DNA of 64,000 nucleotides from Chiloscyllium plagiosum (taxonomy: Eukaryota), in the NCBI RefSeq assembly GCF_004010195.1, contig NC_057751.1, forward strand, positions 1,376,363 through 1,440,362. The letters are read 5' to 3'. The position numbers and the translations under genes were made by a program. The notes below the pieces were generated by a model. The model was not told where the DNA came from. It saw only the letters and a list, made by a program, of their open reading frames with translations, and did no database searches. Shown here piece by piece: positions 23,601-35,626 of this stretch (position 1 is the first letter of the stretch; every line of letters begins with the position of its first letter).

Positions 23601-26600
23601 TCCCACGACCAATCCGAGTCCCAATTTCCTGCACTGGGCCCATAGCCTTGAATGTTCTACACTCATCAAAGTACCTTTTGATGGCTCTGAGGCTTCCCAT
23701 TTCAACATCCCCCCACAGGCAGCGCTTTCTGGGGGGAGAAAGTGTGTCATCATTTCCCTCACCTCCTGCCTCTCACTTTAAAATGATGGCCCCTTGTTAC
23801 TGACCCTTCGACGAAGGGGAACAGCTACATTCCATTGACCTGTCCATGCCCCTCATCATCTTGTAAACCTTACTCAGGTCTCTGTCAAAACTTCTCTGCT
23901 CTAAAGAAAACAACTTAATCTTATCCTGCCTCTCTTCGTAGTGAAACTGCTCCATCCCAGGCAACATGCTGGTGAATCTCCTCTGCACCCCTTCCTGGGC
24001 AACCAATTCCTTCCTATAGTGTGGGGACCAGAACTGCACACAGTACCCCAGCTGTGCCTCACCAAAGTCCTGTCCAGCTCCAACATCTCCCTGCTCTGAG
24101 AATCTATACCACAACTGATAACGGTGAGCATGCTTAGTCCTGTAAGCCTGGCCCGCTGCACTCGGGGGTCTGTGGACAGTTACCCTAGGATTCTTCTGTT
24201 CCTCTGAGCTCCCTGGTGTTCTGCTGTCCATTGAGTAAAACGTTGAGTATATTAAAAGTAACAGCGTACTCTGAATGTAAAATAAATGGGAATCAAATAT
24301 GGCTGTAGATTCAGAACAGCAATACTCCCTTCTGTGAGAAAGGAATGAAAGAAAATGAAGCATACCCCAGGCAAATGATGCAGAGCATGGTGCTGTCTCA
24401 CACCCTTTCTGATTAGACTGGGACCTGATGACACTGGGCTGGTTACCCAATAAACACATAATGTCTTCAATTCCAGAACAGGTCTTTGTGTATTCAGGCA
24501 CAATTCAATGGCAGCTTGGTATGGTAAAACTCATGATTGCTTCCTAATTAGAGAAACAAACCACAGCTTGGGTTTCACTGTTACAATGTACTTCTAATAG
24601 CCTGAAATCTGATGGAGACTGTGAGACCGTCTGTCAACGTGGTGTTGTGTGAGTTTTAACTTTGTCTACGTATGGAAAGCTGGGGTGAGTCAGTGACAAA
24701 GATGAAGACATGCGGAAATTGAGAAAGACTTAGATCAGAGAGATAGGTTTATAAATCAATCAACAGACAGATGGATGGATAGACATCTAGTTTGTTTGTT
24801 CTGAGGATCTCGCTGGGCTGAAATTACACCTATCACAGGCAGGGTGAGATTCAATTCTGTTTGCAGGTAGGTTCGAGACAATGTCTCATGCTTCCCCATG
24901 TTGATGTAACAGAGCAGGACTGACAGGATTAGTTTCATAGCTTCTGTTAGCTGTCACAATGAAGCTTGGTGGTGTGCATCTGAAAGAAAATGCTGTTTCT
25001 GACCAGCCTGTTTGTCCAGACACCCACTCATGCATTCCTGATGAGTTCTCAATTGCAGTGAGAATTGGAACTAAATTAACGAAAGGCAGGTACAAACATA
25101 AGCAGGAAAATACCTGACTGGAGGCAACCCCCTGCCCGAGACTGAACACTGACACTCCCAGCCAGACACTGAATTTTACCTGGGAGTCTGTTCACTAAGG
25201 TCATGAGCTCTCCCCATTAAACACTTTCTCAGGTGACTGGATAGGATCTCCGAACTGTTCTCTGAAGAGTGAGGAGATTTACCCCATGGCCTGAACAAGA
25301 TTTATTGCAGAACCAACACCTAAAATAAATTATCTGATCATTTCTCACGTTGTGTTTGCACAGTCGCAGGAGTGTGCAGACCTTTGCAAACAGTCACTGG
25401 CTGGTAATGGGACCTCCCCCAGATTGTGAGGAGTACTTTATAGATGGACGGTTGGTCTTTCATTGAAAGTGCAGTTACCTTACAATGCAAAGACCAGTGC
25501 ATTTCCCAGCACAGCAGCTCAGTCCAGCCACCTCAGCACTGAGAGACCAGTTCCTGAAACAGCCCAGAAACTGAGAGAGGGAGAGTGAGGGAGAGAGCTT
25601 TGTGGTTTTTCCTGGACAGGTTTTTCCAGCCTTGCTTTTGAAAAATGTCACTATTTTTACATCCTTCTTCCCTGAAGACAGCAGACAGCATTATAAAACT
25701 GGCCAGCTCAGTGTGGCTGGCTGTGCAGGTGATGGAGCTGGATGCCAGAGAGGCAGAGAACCTTGGGATCTCAGGGAAGATGTTTCAGATGGAACAGTCC
25801 CTTTTAAACTCTGCACAAGATTTCCAGCAATATGCTAACGAGCAGGGACTGATGACAGACACAGCAGTGCCTCTCAATAAACTTGTAATCAGGATAGTTA
25901 TTCCTATCGAGATACAGTTAGAACCCATCAACTTCACAGGTTGTAATGACAGAACAAAGGAGATAAATAGATTGACATCCAAATAGCTGAGTGATAAAAT
26001 GTCAGCAGAAGGATGGATAATTGGGGGAGGTGGAGATGAAGCAATGCATGCATGACAGTAGTTAACACATAGATTTGAAGAGGCAGATAAATTCAGATTA
26101 ATAGGCAGGCATTTAGTAAATTCAGAAATAAACATCATTCAGTAGAGATATTTGTTCAGAAACAGTTGCAGAATTAGGAAAATTGTTCAACATGGAGAAA
26201 CAGTGGTACAAAGTTAGAATGGACACAGAACCACAAATGGACAGATTTAGATTGATGCAGTTTGATGAATTGATCAATAAAGATGGGCAAACAGTTTTCC
26301 AAATGAAGGCAGTTGAATGGTTATTAAGGGATCAATAGTTTGAGATAGATGGGAGAAACTGAGAGATCAGTGGACAGGCAGATAGTGAGAACTGATTGTA
26401 CAGTTAAACCAGTCAATAATTTCATGGCCATGAATAAACAGAGACAGACAGCTGGATACATGGAGACTGCCTTCTCAATCAAACTAACACAATTCCGTTG
26501 GATGGAATTTGGGATAATTTCAGTCAGATTTCTGTTTCTGAGAATGTGCCAATAATCAAATTTTCACAAGGAATACTGGCTGTGGATGTAGGGAGAGTCC

Positions 26601-29600
26601 CGTGGGAGAGTACCCACCCACAGAGTGTAGACACTACACTGACAGTAGATGAGCTCCCATGACTGGGACACATCTGCAGGATCCAGTTGGACGGTCACTG
26701 ATTTTGCCTCCAGCGCTGAGCTTAGTAACACCTTCTCAAACAGCACCCCCCAATGATGCATCAACACTCACCATCTAAACAAATACACATCCTGGTTTTC
26801 AGTCAGCAGCAACCAGCAAAGGCACTTAGAAACAATTTGCATTTCAACAGCACCTTCAAGATGTCCAAAAGTGCTTTACCACAAATGGCAGCATAGTCAC
26901 AGTTATAATGTAGCAAAGACAACAGCAGGATCCCACAATCAGTCACTCCACCTGGCATGACAGAATTGCAGGAGGGAAAGGCAGACTGACAGAAATAGCA
27001 GAAGGACCTCATTCTCAGTTTTGCATGATGTTGGGCTGCAGTTTCAGTTCATCAGAGCCTCAGACAAAGCATTCACTGCTGCAGCTGTAGTTCCTGCTCC
27101 TCGTCAGTCCCTGCCACTGTGAATTGCTGATGCCTGCCTTTTACAGCTAAATAGCCAATAGAAAGATTCCTACCTAGCTCCTGCATTGAAACAAGAGCTA
27201 ACTGAAGTCAATTTCTTCAACTGTTAAAGCATGATCTCGGCTCAGCAAGTCCAAACTTCACCAGTTCACACCGAGCAATGCCTCACTGTGTGTGTGTGTC
27301 AGGAATTTGGAGAGGTGAATGAACGAATGCCAAGTGATCAGACAAACCCATTGGGTTTACTGATGCCCTTTCGAGGAGCAAACCCACTCTGGAGACAGCC
27401 TGGGACAAGATCTTGGTGTTTCAACTCATGTTTAAACATCCTAAGCATAGAATCCTCTCCACCGTTCTGAAACAATAGAGAGTCAAACTGCTGTGGTCAT
27501 GGGAGCTTGGGAAATCATCAAGAGGTTCCGTCTGACTGCACTTACAACACACACACACACGCACACACACGCACACACACGCACATACACACACACACAC
27601 ACACACACATACACACACACACACACACATTGTGTGGAATCTGTCCTACACACAGAAGCAAAGTGCTCCACACAGGTAACAGGTAAATGTGCTGAGCTGC
27701 AGGAAATATTCACCTCTCCTTTCTCCCCCATTTACTAAATGGCTTCCTCTACATTTACTCTTTCCAGTTCAGACTCTCAAGGCTCATCCTTTTTATCCAC
27801 AACTTGGGTTTATAAAAAGCCTTCAAGTAGGAACTTGGCCAGTGGTGTTTCACACATCACCATATCAAATTTAACCAAGAGACACAGAGAGTTATTACAG
27901 CAGGTAACTGAATGTTTGGCTCAAGATCTGATTTTTAACAAGCAGCATAGACATGGAGAAAAACTTTAAGGATGGAATTCTGTGCAGATTGTGAACGACT
28001 GACAGGAGACCAGAATTGGTGGAACTCAGAGATATTAGTGGGTTGTAGGCTGGAGGAGGTTACAGAGATAGGGACAGCATTGAAAATAAAGATTAGAATT
28101 TGAAATCCCAGATATGGCCACACCAGGAAAGTTCAATAAGCACGGGGGTAGTGACTGAATTAAATTTGGTTCAAGTCAAAACAGTTTCAGACAAGTTCAG
28201 CAAGTTTGCAAACGATGAGAAGATGCAAACTGTGTGTATGTGATTTTCATGTGTTCTCATTCAGAGTGCTTTGCAAGAAGTTCCCCCTGATTTTCCCAAT
28301 ACCTGGCATTCCTATTGTCCATAGGTTAATACTGATTTGTTAAAAGTTGTCCATTTCGCAGATTGCCATTTATTGATTGGATGGTGTTCCAGCAGAAGAG
28401 GTGTGTCATGTACCTTGGGAGACAGTGGGGAATAAGCTACAGTACACCAGACATTTATTTTCATGTGTCAGGGAAATTTCTATTTGTAAGTGTGTGTATG
28501 TAAAAGAGATTAAAAATGACAGGATATTATCACACCTGTGGTAACTTTTGGTGTGCAAGTCATTAATCTAAAGGAGATACACACACACACAGACTAGCCT
28601 TGTGGAGAGCGAGACTGGGATTAGAAAGAGACACACAGAGACTGGCAAAGCAGAGAGAGACTGCAATCAAACATAAAATTGAGAGACTAGTATCAGAGAT
28701 ACAGAGAGAGACATTCATTTCGGGAGACACACTCAAAGAGGCTGTTATCAGAGAGAGAGAAAGACAGAGAGAGAGAGATTGAACAGTAATGGAGAGAGAC
28801 AGAGAGTGAAGAAGAGAAAGACATGTTTCAATGAGTGACATGCACATACTAAGACCAGGATTCAGAGCGAGACAGACAAACAGGCAGTTACAGCTCTAGA
28901 AAAGGCACCAACACATGAGAGAGGAAATGTAAGGGAAGACAGAAGGTTAAGGAGGAGAACAAGTGGTTGGCAGGGGTGGGGGGGGTGACTGGCAATAGTG
29001 AGGATGGGGGTGTGTGGTGAGTGTGACAGGAAGGACAAAGAGAAAGAGTAAAAATGCTTGAGCAGAGTGCTGAATGAGGAGAAATGATGGGTAAGAATTG
29101 CAGCATTTGGGAAGGGAAGTGGGTTGAGGGAAAGTGAAGATGGAAGAGTATTAATGGGTTGCAGCAGTAGGGACTAAGACCAACAGGAATAATGAGCAAT
29201 GATAGACAGCAAGCTCTGAAGGACATATTCCCTCAGAAACACATCCCAAATGTCTCACTGAGGGACCAGCCAGGACTCAGTGGGTAACATTTGTTACCAC
29301 TTCAGTCAGAAAGTTGTGGATTGCACTGAGAAGCTGATGAATGCTGACACCTCCTTGCCAGCAGTGAGGGGAGTGCTGTATTGTTGGGAAATGGTTAAGA
29401 AATGCACCATCTGCTCTCTCGGGAGTGTGTTAAGGAAAAGGCTCCCTGGTGTCCGGGGCCAACAGTTACCCCTCAGTGAATATCACCAAACCTGAGATTC
29501 TCATTCCCTTTTGGAGGGGGAGATTTGGACAGGAACTGGATTCCATGTTTACCCGTGAGGATATATTGGCGGCTACACTGAGGAGGTCAAGGCCACAATA

Positions 29601-30948
29601 GAGATCCATGTGTTTTGTACCTTGTCACAGAATTAGTCAATTTAAAATGAACTTTGATGAAGTAAAAAACATTTCTATAATATCAAATGATGAGAAAGCT
29701 CTGTTCATGAAGCTGAGGTAATGCAGGAACTTACTGTTAAACTTTGTTGGGGGTTTTCATAGCTGATATTTTTTAAAAATCAAATACTGTGGGTTTCATT
29801 GAGAGACCCCATTCTCTCTCTTTCCTCACATTTTATGATCTCATTTGAACATGATTAGATTAGATTAATTGGATTACAGTGGGAGATTTTTTTAACTGAA
29901 GGACCTATGTAATTTCCTCCCTTCTTCCAAGCGCATCTGTATTCAAACCACTGATCTTTGACTCACGTTGTGGATTTTTCAAATAAACACAGATAGCACA
30001 GTCAATGTACAAAATTCTGGGCTGAATTATCACCTGGGTGAGTGCTTGTTCTGTTCACTTGCAAATGCCACCTTTAAAACAGTCTCCTTTAAATAGAATC
30101 AATTGCATTGAGAGCCTATGAATCTGTTCAGAGGTTGGAGATTAACTCGGAGACACTGGTTCATATTGATCTACTGCCGTTCTGGATCACACACTCGATC
30201 TCCTGCCCATTACCACCCACCCCATTCAAAAGTACATCAATTCACAGGAGTCTAACAAGACCTAATTGCTCCCAGCACATCATTTTCCCAAACTGGAATG
30301 CATATCTGAGAGATATAGTCTTTGTCTGAGCATTGGTTAGGAAAAGTAAAGGCTGAACTCATTTAGCACATGGTTTCAGTGACACCACTTGAGTTTCCAA
30401 CGCTCAGTCTTTCTCTTTCTCTGCTGGCTCCCTGTCCAGCCATGTCCCTGTGTTATCCAGTGTACAACAGGTACTTCAGTCACTCTGGGGGATCCCAAAT
30501 TTTCATGTCAGGGCAACTCAAACTACCTCCCGCCTAGAAAATGCAAGCAGTTCTTTAAACATTTCAAATTTGCTATCTAAAAGTTGAAAATGAGCTGAAA
30601 AGTTCACGAGCTAGCACATTCTGAAACAATGCAAGTTGAACATCAGAAAAGACACTGCTCCTCTCGAAGTCGCAAAGCTGAGCTGGCTGCACATTTCAGT
30701 ATTTCAGATGATGATGCTCTGGAAAGAGAGCAATCCTTTCACTTACTAACCTGGGCTCGGAGTGTCAGCAGGAGAAACTGCAGCAATCTGTCACAGAAAG
30801 AAGGTACAGATTAAACATTCAAAATCTCAGCACACTTTCACACAGCTGAATGTCAGAGAGGATTGCTGGGAATGACCGCAGAATCCCAAATGGAAGTTGA
30901 AATGAAAACCTCATACAGGCAAACGCAGTGAGACGCTAAGGGATGCAT
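8355..30948 (-). CDS. fgf17: Fibroblast growth factor 17 (FGF8/17/18/24 subfamily), spliced CDS join(30948-30917,30787-30751,13245-13068,10741-10635,8648-8355), 215 aa
   Basis: Manual splicing gives one open frame: [215 protein letters not shown]. All introns are GT-AG with phases 2,0,1,0. [18 protein letters not shown] and ENNYTA are FGF8-subfamily motifs. GENxxSPNFNQ, RQNQRE and KRLFKG..FPN favour FGF17 over FGF8/18/24. Subfamily is near certain; paralogue call is less so. Confidence 0.88.
10635..10741 (-). CDS. fgf17: fgf17 coding exon 4 ([36 protein letters not shown])
   Basis: 107 nt; acceptor ttttgtttcAG, donor AAA|GTAAGT. Confidence 0.96.
11826..12200 (+). mobile_element. CR1 3' end in fgf17 intron 3
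   Basis: [35 protein letters not shown]; tail gctgtacatctctatgactctat. Confidence 0.9.
13068..13245 (-). CDS. fgf17: fgf17 coding exon 3 ([11 protein letters not shown]...AEDGSKY)
   Basis: 178 nt; acceptor aaacaaaAG|GGG, donor G|GTAAGG; encodes [13 protein letters not shown]. Confidence 0.95.
13485..13900 (-). mobile_element. CR1 3' fragment in fgf17 intron 2
   Basis: atacagcacggaaacagaccc tail plus degraded ORF2 C-terminus. Confidence 0.75.
14605..15600 (-). mobile_element. Two adjacent CR1 fragments in fgf17 intron 2
   Basis: ORF 14888-15442 contains [37 protein letters not shown]; a second CR1 3' tail begins near 15330. Confidence 0.88.
18278..18486. mobile_element. Fold-back PLE-derived element in fgf17 intron 2
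   Basis: Long inverted arms; flanks caatggctgttcttg (18263-18277 and 18487-18501); plus-strand CTGAAGAAGGGCTTATGCCTGAAACGTC. Confidence 0.85.
20295..20560 (-). mobile_element. CR1 3' end
   Basis: [28 protein letters not shown] plus tail. Confidence 0.88.
20595..21015 (+). mobile_element. Old Deu-domain SINE-like remnant
   Basis: aaagatcccatg..cctggccaatatt..caaccaatatcac..aaacagatgatctggtca..cttgctgtgagcaaattggct resembles the DeuSINE (SacSINE1/AmnSINE1) body and tail. Related pieces near 7020-7100 (-), 21850-22070 and 25250-25450. Confidence 0.5.
22870..23115. repeat. Compound (CA)n microsatellite with recurring atgcacacagtctgtc spacers
   Basis: Seen directly. Confidence 0.95.
23370..24235 (-). 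mobile_element. HE1/V-SINE 3' part followed by a degraded CR1 fragment
   Basis: gggcaatttagcatggcca..cacctgacctgcacatctttggac, then [24 protein letters not shown]. Confidence 0.75.
27545..27630. repeat. (CA)n microsatellite
   Basis: Seen directly. Confidence 0.95.
30751..30787 (-). CDS. fgf17: fgf17 coding exon 2 ([12 protein letters not shown]), hydrophobic signal peptide
   Basis: 37-nt exon with acceptor ctttctgtgacAG and donor CAG|GTTAGT; homologous to FGF8 LLHLLVLCLQAQ. Confidence 0.88.
30917..30948 (-). CDS. fgf17: fgf17 coding exon 1 ([11 protein letters not shown]), start of signal peptide
   Basis: ATG at 30948 (gcgATG, purine at -3), 32 coding nt, then CT|GTATGA donor. Length and phase match the first coding exon of FGF8/FGF18. 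No upstream ATG for about 190 nt. Confidence 0.85.
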
Positions 30949-31300
30949 CGCTGGAAGTCTCCGCTCGACTCCTGGCTCCTGAAGACGCAACCTTTGGGAG
31001 CCTGCCTTCGCTGGTGTGTCCTGTCGGCGGGCAATAACCTCAGCAGCTCCGAGGGGGCGGGGAGACAGGCTGAAGGAGCCTTTAATGTTGCCTCCAAGCC
31101 AGTCAGAGCAGGGGAAGGCAGCCCTGGCAAAATCCACGCTTTTTATTTCCTACAGCCACACAGCCAAAGGGGGGCAAGTTCCAAACAGGGAAACTGCAAC
31201 TATCCTGGCACTGAGCTCGCCACCAAATGCGAACACTGGCTTCAATCTCGGTGGGTTCGAGAACAGCTCCCGGACTGGCACAGACCCCCCACCCACCCCC
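30949..31300 (-). promoter_or_regulatory. Putative fgf17 5' UTR and proximal promoter
   Basis: Locally GC/CpG-richer, repeat-free sequence upstream of the ATG. GC box GGGGCGGGG at 31054-31062 and a TATA-like AATAAAAAG on the minus strand near 31139-31147. Confidence 0.45.
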
Positions 31301-31670
31301 CCCCCCCCCCAGCATCATCTTGGGAATGTCAGCCACAGCCAGTCCCCGGGGCTTTCAGGAGAATGCTCATCACTGCAGACTGCCCATCCTCCTTGGAGAG
31401 AGGCCACACTGATGGGAGAAGGTGCCTCTGTCTCCCAGGCTGGCCAGAGGAACTGCAGACAGACTGCAAAGGGGAGAGGGTGTGGGGAAGGCTGGTGGGC
31501 ATTCAGGAGATAGTCGGTCCCTCTCTCTGTCACTCGTTGCATGATCAGCCTCTCAGACACTAGCCCCTGCAGTGGGTCAGGGAATTACCCACATACTATC
31601 CATTGAGACAACCCCCCCCCCCCCCCCCGGAGATATTTCCCAAATGCCAGGCGGGCAGGTATGTCCTGTG

Positions 31671-31846
31671 GAGAAAGTAAGGACTGCAGATGCTGGAGAT
31701 CAGAGCTGGAAATGTGTTGCTGGAAAAGCGCAGCAGGTCAGGCAGCATACAGGGAACAGGATGAAGAAGGGCTTATGCCCGAAACGTTGATTCTCCTGTT
31801 CCCTGGATGCTGCCTGACCTGCTGCGCTTTTCCAGCAACACATTTC
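31671..31846. mobile_element. Fold-back PLE-derived element about 0.7 kb upstream of the fgf17 ATG
   Basis: Flanks caggtatgtcctgtg (31656-31670 and 31847-31861); TGAAGAAGGGCTTATGCCCGAAACGTTG at the centre. Confidence 0.85.
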
Positions 31847-32369
31847 CAGGTATGTCCTGTGATACAGTTACCTTGTAGTCATGACCCAGTGTTCTAGAGA
31901 TCTCCTCTTTCAAACAGCAGCCCTGGCAATTTCCTTTTGAATCACTGAATGGTCTGGCATGTTCTTGAAGAAATGGAGTGAAATTGAAGTGTACTCGCTC
32001 CTGAGTTCACCCACATTGCACTGTCTGAGAGTTGGTGCTGACTGAGAGTTACACTGCAAAATCCACTCGTTTCTCAACATGGAGGGGCAAATCCAATCCC
32101 AATCCATCATTTTACAACAAACTTATCTCATGCCAACCTCCGTGTCCTCCAGCACTGAGAAAGAGGGGCCTACATTTCAGTAGCGCCTTTCACAGCCTCA
32201 GGATCTCCTGAAGTGCTTGGCAGTCCCCAACGTGTCACTTTCCAGGGGACTGCAATGTCACAAATCCTTAAAGCAAGCTTCCACTGCCGCCAGCACCTGT
32301 TCTCAGAGATCCTTCTCATTAAACTACACCCAACACAGCTTCCATCACATCCAAAATGATGGCTTCTGG

Positions 32370-32610
32370 CCCACCCTCCCTCCACCCTCCAAATACCATC
32401 CCTCCCTCCTTCCACCCTCCCTCAGCCCCTCCCTCTATCCACTCTCTCTCCATTCACCTTCCCTCCGTCCCTCCCTTCATCTCCCATCCCTCCATCCACT
32501 CTCCCTCCATCCCTCCCTCCCTCAGCCCCTCCCTCTATCCACTCTCTCTCCATTCACCTTCCCTCTGTCCCTCCCTTCATCTCCCATCCCTCCATCCACT
32601 CTCCCTCCTG
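32370..32610. repeat. Polypyrimidine tract with a 100-bp tandem duplication
   Basis: ctcagcccctccctctatccactctctctccattcacc begins at both 32421 and 32521. Confidence 0.9.
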
Positions 32611-32649
32611 CTGGGACATGAGGAAGCAATATCCTTTTCTCATTCAAGG

Positions 32650-34180
32650 GATTGGAGAGGATGAAATGTGGATAAACCACCTGGACTGGGTGGATTCCGA
32701 CCAGGGTTCTGAAGGAGATAGCTGAGCAGTTTGTCGAGGAGGGTCCCAGAGTTCCGGAAAATGCCGAATGTTTCAGAGGAGAGAATAGCAGAAGATAAGA
32801 AACTATAGGCTGGTTAGCCCGACTTGGTCATTGGCAAGATCTGAGAGTGTATTTAAGAATGTATTTCACCCACCTCATAAAGGAGAGCTAGTGCTTCCAC
32901 ATAAACCTGTTGGACTATAACCTGGTGTTGTGGGATATTTAACTTTAACTAGGCAGATGCTGGAGATTAGAGTCAAGACCCTAGAATGGTGCTGGAAAAA
33001 CACAGCAGGTCAGGCAGCATTTGGAATGTTGTCCACCCCAGTCCAACACCAGCTCCTCCACATCATAGGAGGATAGGGCTGAATCAACATGGCGTTGTCA
33101 AGGGGAGATCATGCCTGACAAATCTGTTGGAATTCTTGGAGGAGGTAATGATAAAGTCTGACATAGGAGAGCCAGTGGATGTGATCTATTTGAATTTCCA
33201 AAGGTTTTTGAGAAGGTACCACACAGGAAGCTGCAAAGTAAGAGCCCACGGTGGCAGTGTTAAGGTCCTGGCATGGAGAGAGGATTGGCTGACTGGCAGA
33301 AAGCAGAGAGTGGGGGTAAAGGATGGCAGCTGGTGACTAGTGGATTTTCGCAAGGGTCAATGTTAGGCCCACAATTAATCACATTTGACATTAGTGACCG
33401 TGGACGAAGGAACTGAAGGCATTGTTGATAATAAAATAATTTTCAGATGACGCAAAGAGGTGGAGGGAGGGCCACTGCTGAGAAAGTGGGGACTTCGCAG
33501 AATGACTTGGACAGGCTAGGAGAGTGTGTAAAGAACTGGCAGATGGAATATAGTGTGGGAAGGTGTGAGGTTATGTACTTTGCTGGGAAAAATAGATGCA
33601 TAGACTATTTTCTAAACAGGGAAAGGCTGAAGTACAAAGGGACTTGGGAGTTCTCGTTCAAGATTCTGTTCAGGTTAACATGCAGGTTCACTTCGGAAGG
33701 AAGGCAAATGCAGTGTTAGCATTCATTTCGAGAGGGCTAGAATACAAGAGCAGGGATGTACTGCTGAACCTGTATAAGGCTCTGATCAGACCTCATTGAG
33801 AACATTCTGAGCAGTTTGGGGCCCTGGAACTATGGAAAGATGTGCAGGTGTTGGAGGGGATCCAGAGGATGTGTCCAAGAATGGTCCCAGCGATGAAGGG
33901 CTTGTCATATGAAGAGTGCTTGAGGACTCTGGGTCTGTCATCGATGGAGTTCAGAAGGATGAGGGGGATTCTGATTGAAACATAGAGAATACTGAGAGAC
34001 CTGGACAGAGTGGACATGGAGAAGATGTTTCTACAAGTAGGAGAGACTCGGACCTGAGGGTTCTGCCTCAGAGTGGAGGCACAACCCATTAGAACTGAGA
34101 CAAGGAGAATCTCTTCAGCCAGAGAGTGGGAGATCTGTGGAACAGGCTTGATGGACCGAATGGCCAAATTCTGCTCCCGG
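32650..34180 (+). mobile_element. Degraded CR1-clade LINE ORF2 with nested PLE pieces (about 32865-33065)
   Basis: QHGVVKGRSCLTNLLEF, DVIYLNFQ, WLTGRKQRV, QNDLDRLGE..WQM, LYKALIRPH; frameshifted. Confidence 0.85.
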
Positions 34181-34679
34181 TATCTTCATATCGAGGGCTG
34201 GCCATGCTACAGCAACAGCTGAGGACTGTAAAGTTTAGAATTCAGTTTATTAGCTCACCCTAACCCTTCCCCATCCAGCTCAGTAACAATAACCTGCAGC
34301 ATACTAACCCAGCCAGATTCCTGGGTTTCAGGGCACAAGGGCCTACCTGCTCCTGGGGTTTTCTGGAAGGTTGCTTCCATGACCTGAGATCACCAGAAGT
34401 GGCAAGTTCCCCTGAGCTTGCTGCTTAGTGCAGGAAACCTGTCAACCCGAACGTACTCTTGGGATGTGAGGCTTATCGCCAGAGCGTGTACCAATGAAAC
34501 ATGACAGAGTGGCTGTCCACCTAATGAAGGGTGTGTACAGAATAAACGAGGGAAACCTGTTTCCAGTGAGTAGGAGGGTCAGTAACAATAAGGCACATCC
34601 TTACAATCATTAGTCTGAAATCTGCTGCTGCTGGAATGGCTGGTCAAAGCTGGTTTGATCCTAATGTTCCAAAGGGAAT

Positions 34680-35001
34680 CATTGAATCCCTACAGTATGG
34701 AAGTAGGCCATTCAGCCCATCAAGTCCACACTGAACCTTGAAAGCGTATCCCACTGAGACCCACCTCCCTACCCCACTCCCCATGGCTACCCCACCTAAC
34801 CTACACATCCCTGAACACTATGTACAATTTAGCATGGCCGATCCACTCTATCCTGCACATCTTTGGATTGTGGGAGGAAACTCACGTGGACACGGGGAGA
34901 ATGTGCAAACTCCACACGGACAGTTGCCCGAAGCTGGAATCGAACCCAGGTCCCTGGTGCTGTGGGGCAGTAGTGCTAACCACCATGTCATCATGCCACC
35001 C
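34680..35001 (-). mobile_element. tRNA-derived HE1/V-SINE
   Basis: B box GGTTCGATTCC (34936-34946), V-domain gtgtggagtttgcacattctccccgtg, CR1-like tail. Confidence 0.85.
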
Positions 35002-35023
35002 TGACTGAAATCTCGAGAAGAGG

Positions 35024-35226
35024 AAGTTAAAAATCCCACAACACCAGGTTATAGTCCAACAGGTTTATTTGGAAGCACTAGCTTTCGGAACGTCGCTCCT
35101 TCAGGTGCCTGAGGAAGGATCGGCGCTCTGAAAGCTTGTGATTCCAAATAAACCTGTGGGACTATAACCTGGTGTTGTGGGATTTTTAACTTTGTCCCAT
35201 CCTAGTCCAACACTGGCACCTCCACA
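35024..35226. mobile_element. Fold-back PLE-derived element, second family
   Basis: Inverted arms aagttaaaaatcccacaacaccaggttatagtcc.. spanning 35024-35192; two degenerate hammerhead cores at the centre. Confidence 0.8.
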
Positions 35227-35433
35227 CCATGGAAGGGGAAAGGAAAGGTGCAGGGGTCTTGGAGAAGGAGAGGGGAGTGGGATTAATTGGAAAGTTCCTG
35301 TTAAGACACACCAAGGATTTTCAGCATTGGTGCAGCCTATGGGCTCACTCACTTGGTACACCGAGCTGTGGGCTGTGAACAACATGAAGGGCAGGACCCG
35401 GGCCAGGGAGGATCAGTATGTCTTCCCTCAGGA

Positions 35434-35626
35434 TTAAAAATCCCACAACACCAGGTTATAGTCCAACAGGTTTAATTGGAAGCACACTAGCTTTCGGAGC
35501 GTCGCTCCTTCATCAGGTGGTAGTGCAGGGCTCAATCCTAACACACAGACAAAAATTTACAGTGTGAATTCAGCTGTGTGATTTTGAACTTTGTACACCC
35601 CAGTCCAACATTGGCATCTCCAGATC
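35434..35626. mobile_element. PLE-derived element, second family, one long arm
   Basis: Near-identical to 35027-35106 and ends in the same tail (ttgtacaccccagtccaaca). Confidence 0.78.
35485..35519 (-). ncRNA. Minimal type I hammerhead ribozyme motif
   Basis: Minus strand reads CAC-CUGAUGA-A-GGAGC(GAC)GCUCC-GAAAG-CUA-GUG: full catalytic core, 5-bp stem II, palindromic AGCU in place of stem III, 3-bp stem I. Activity untested. Confidence 0.7.

Noticed and set aside
30943..31563. 206-aa plus-strand ORF overlapping the fgf17 promoter
   Set aside because: No recognisable domain, includes a poly-C-derived proline run, and is expected by chance in GC-richer sequence.
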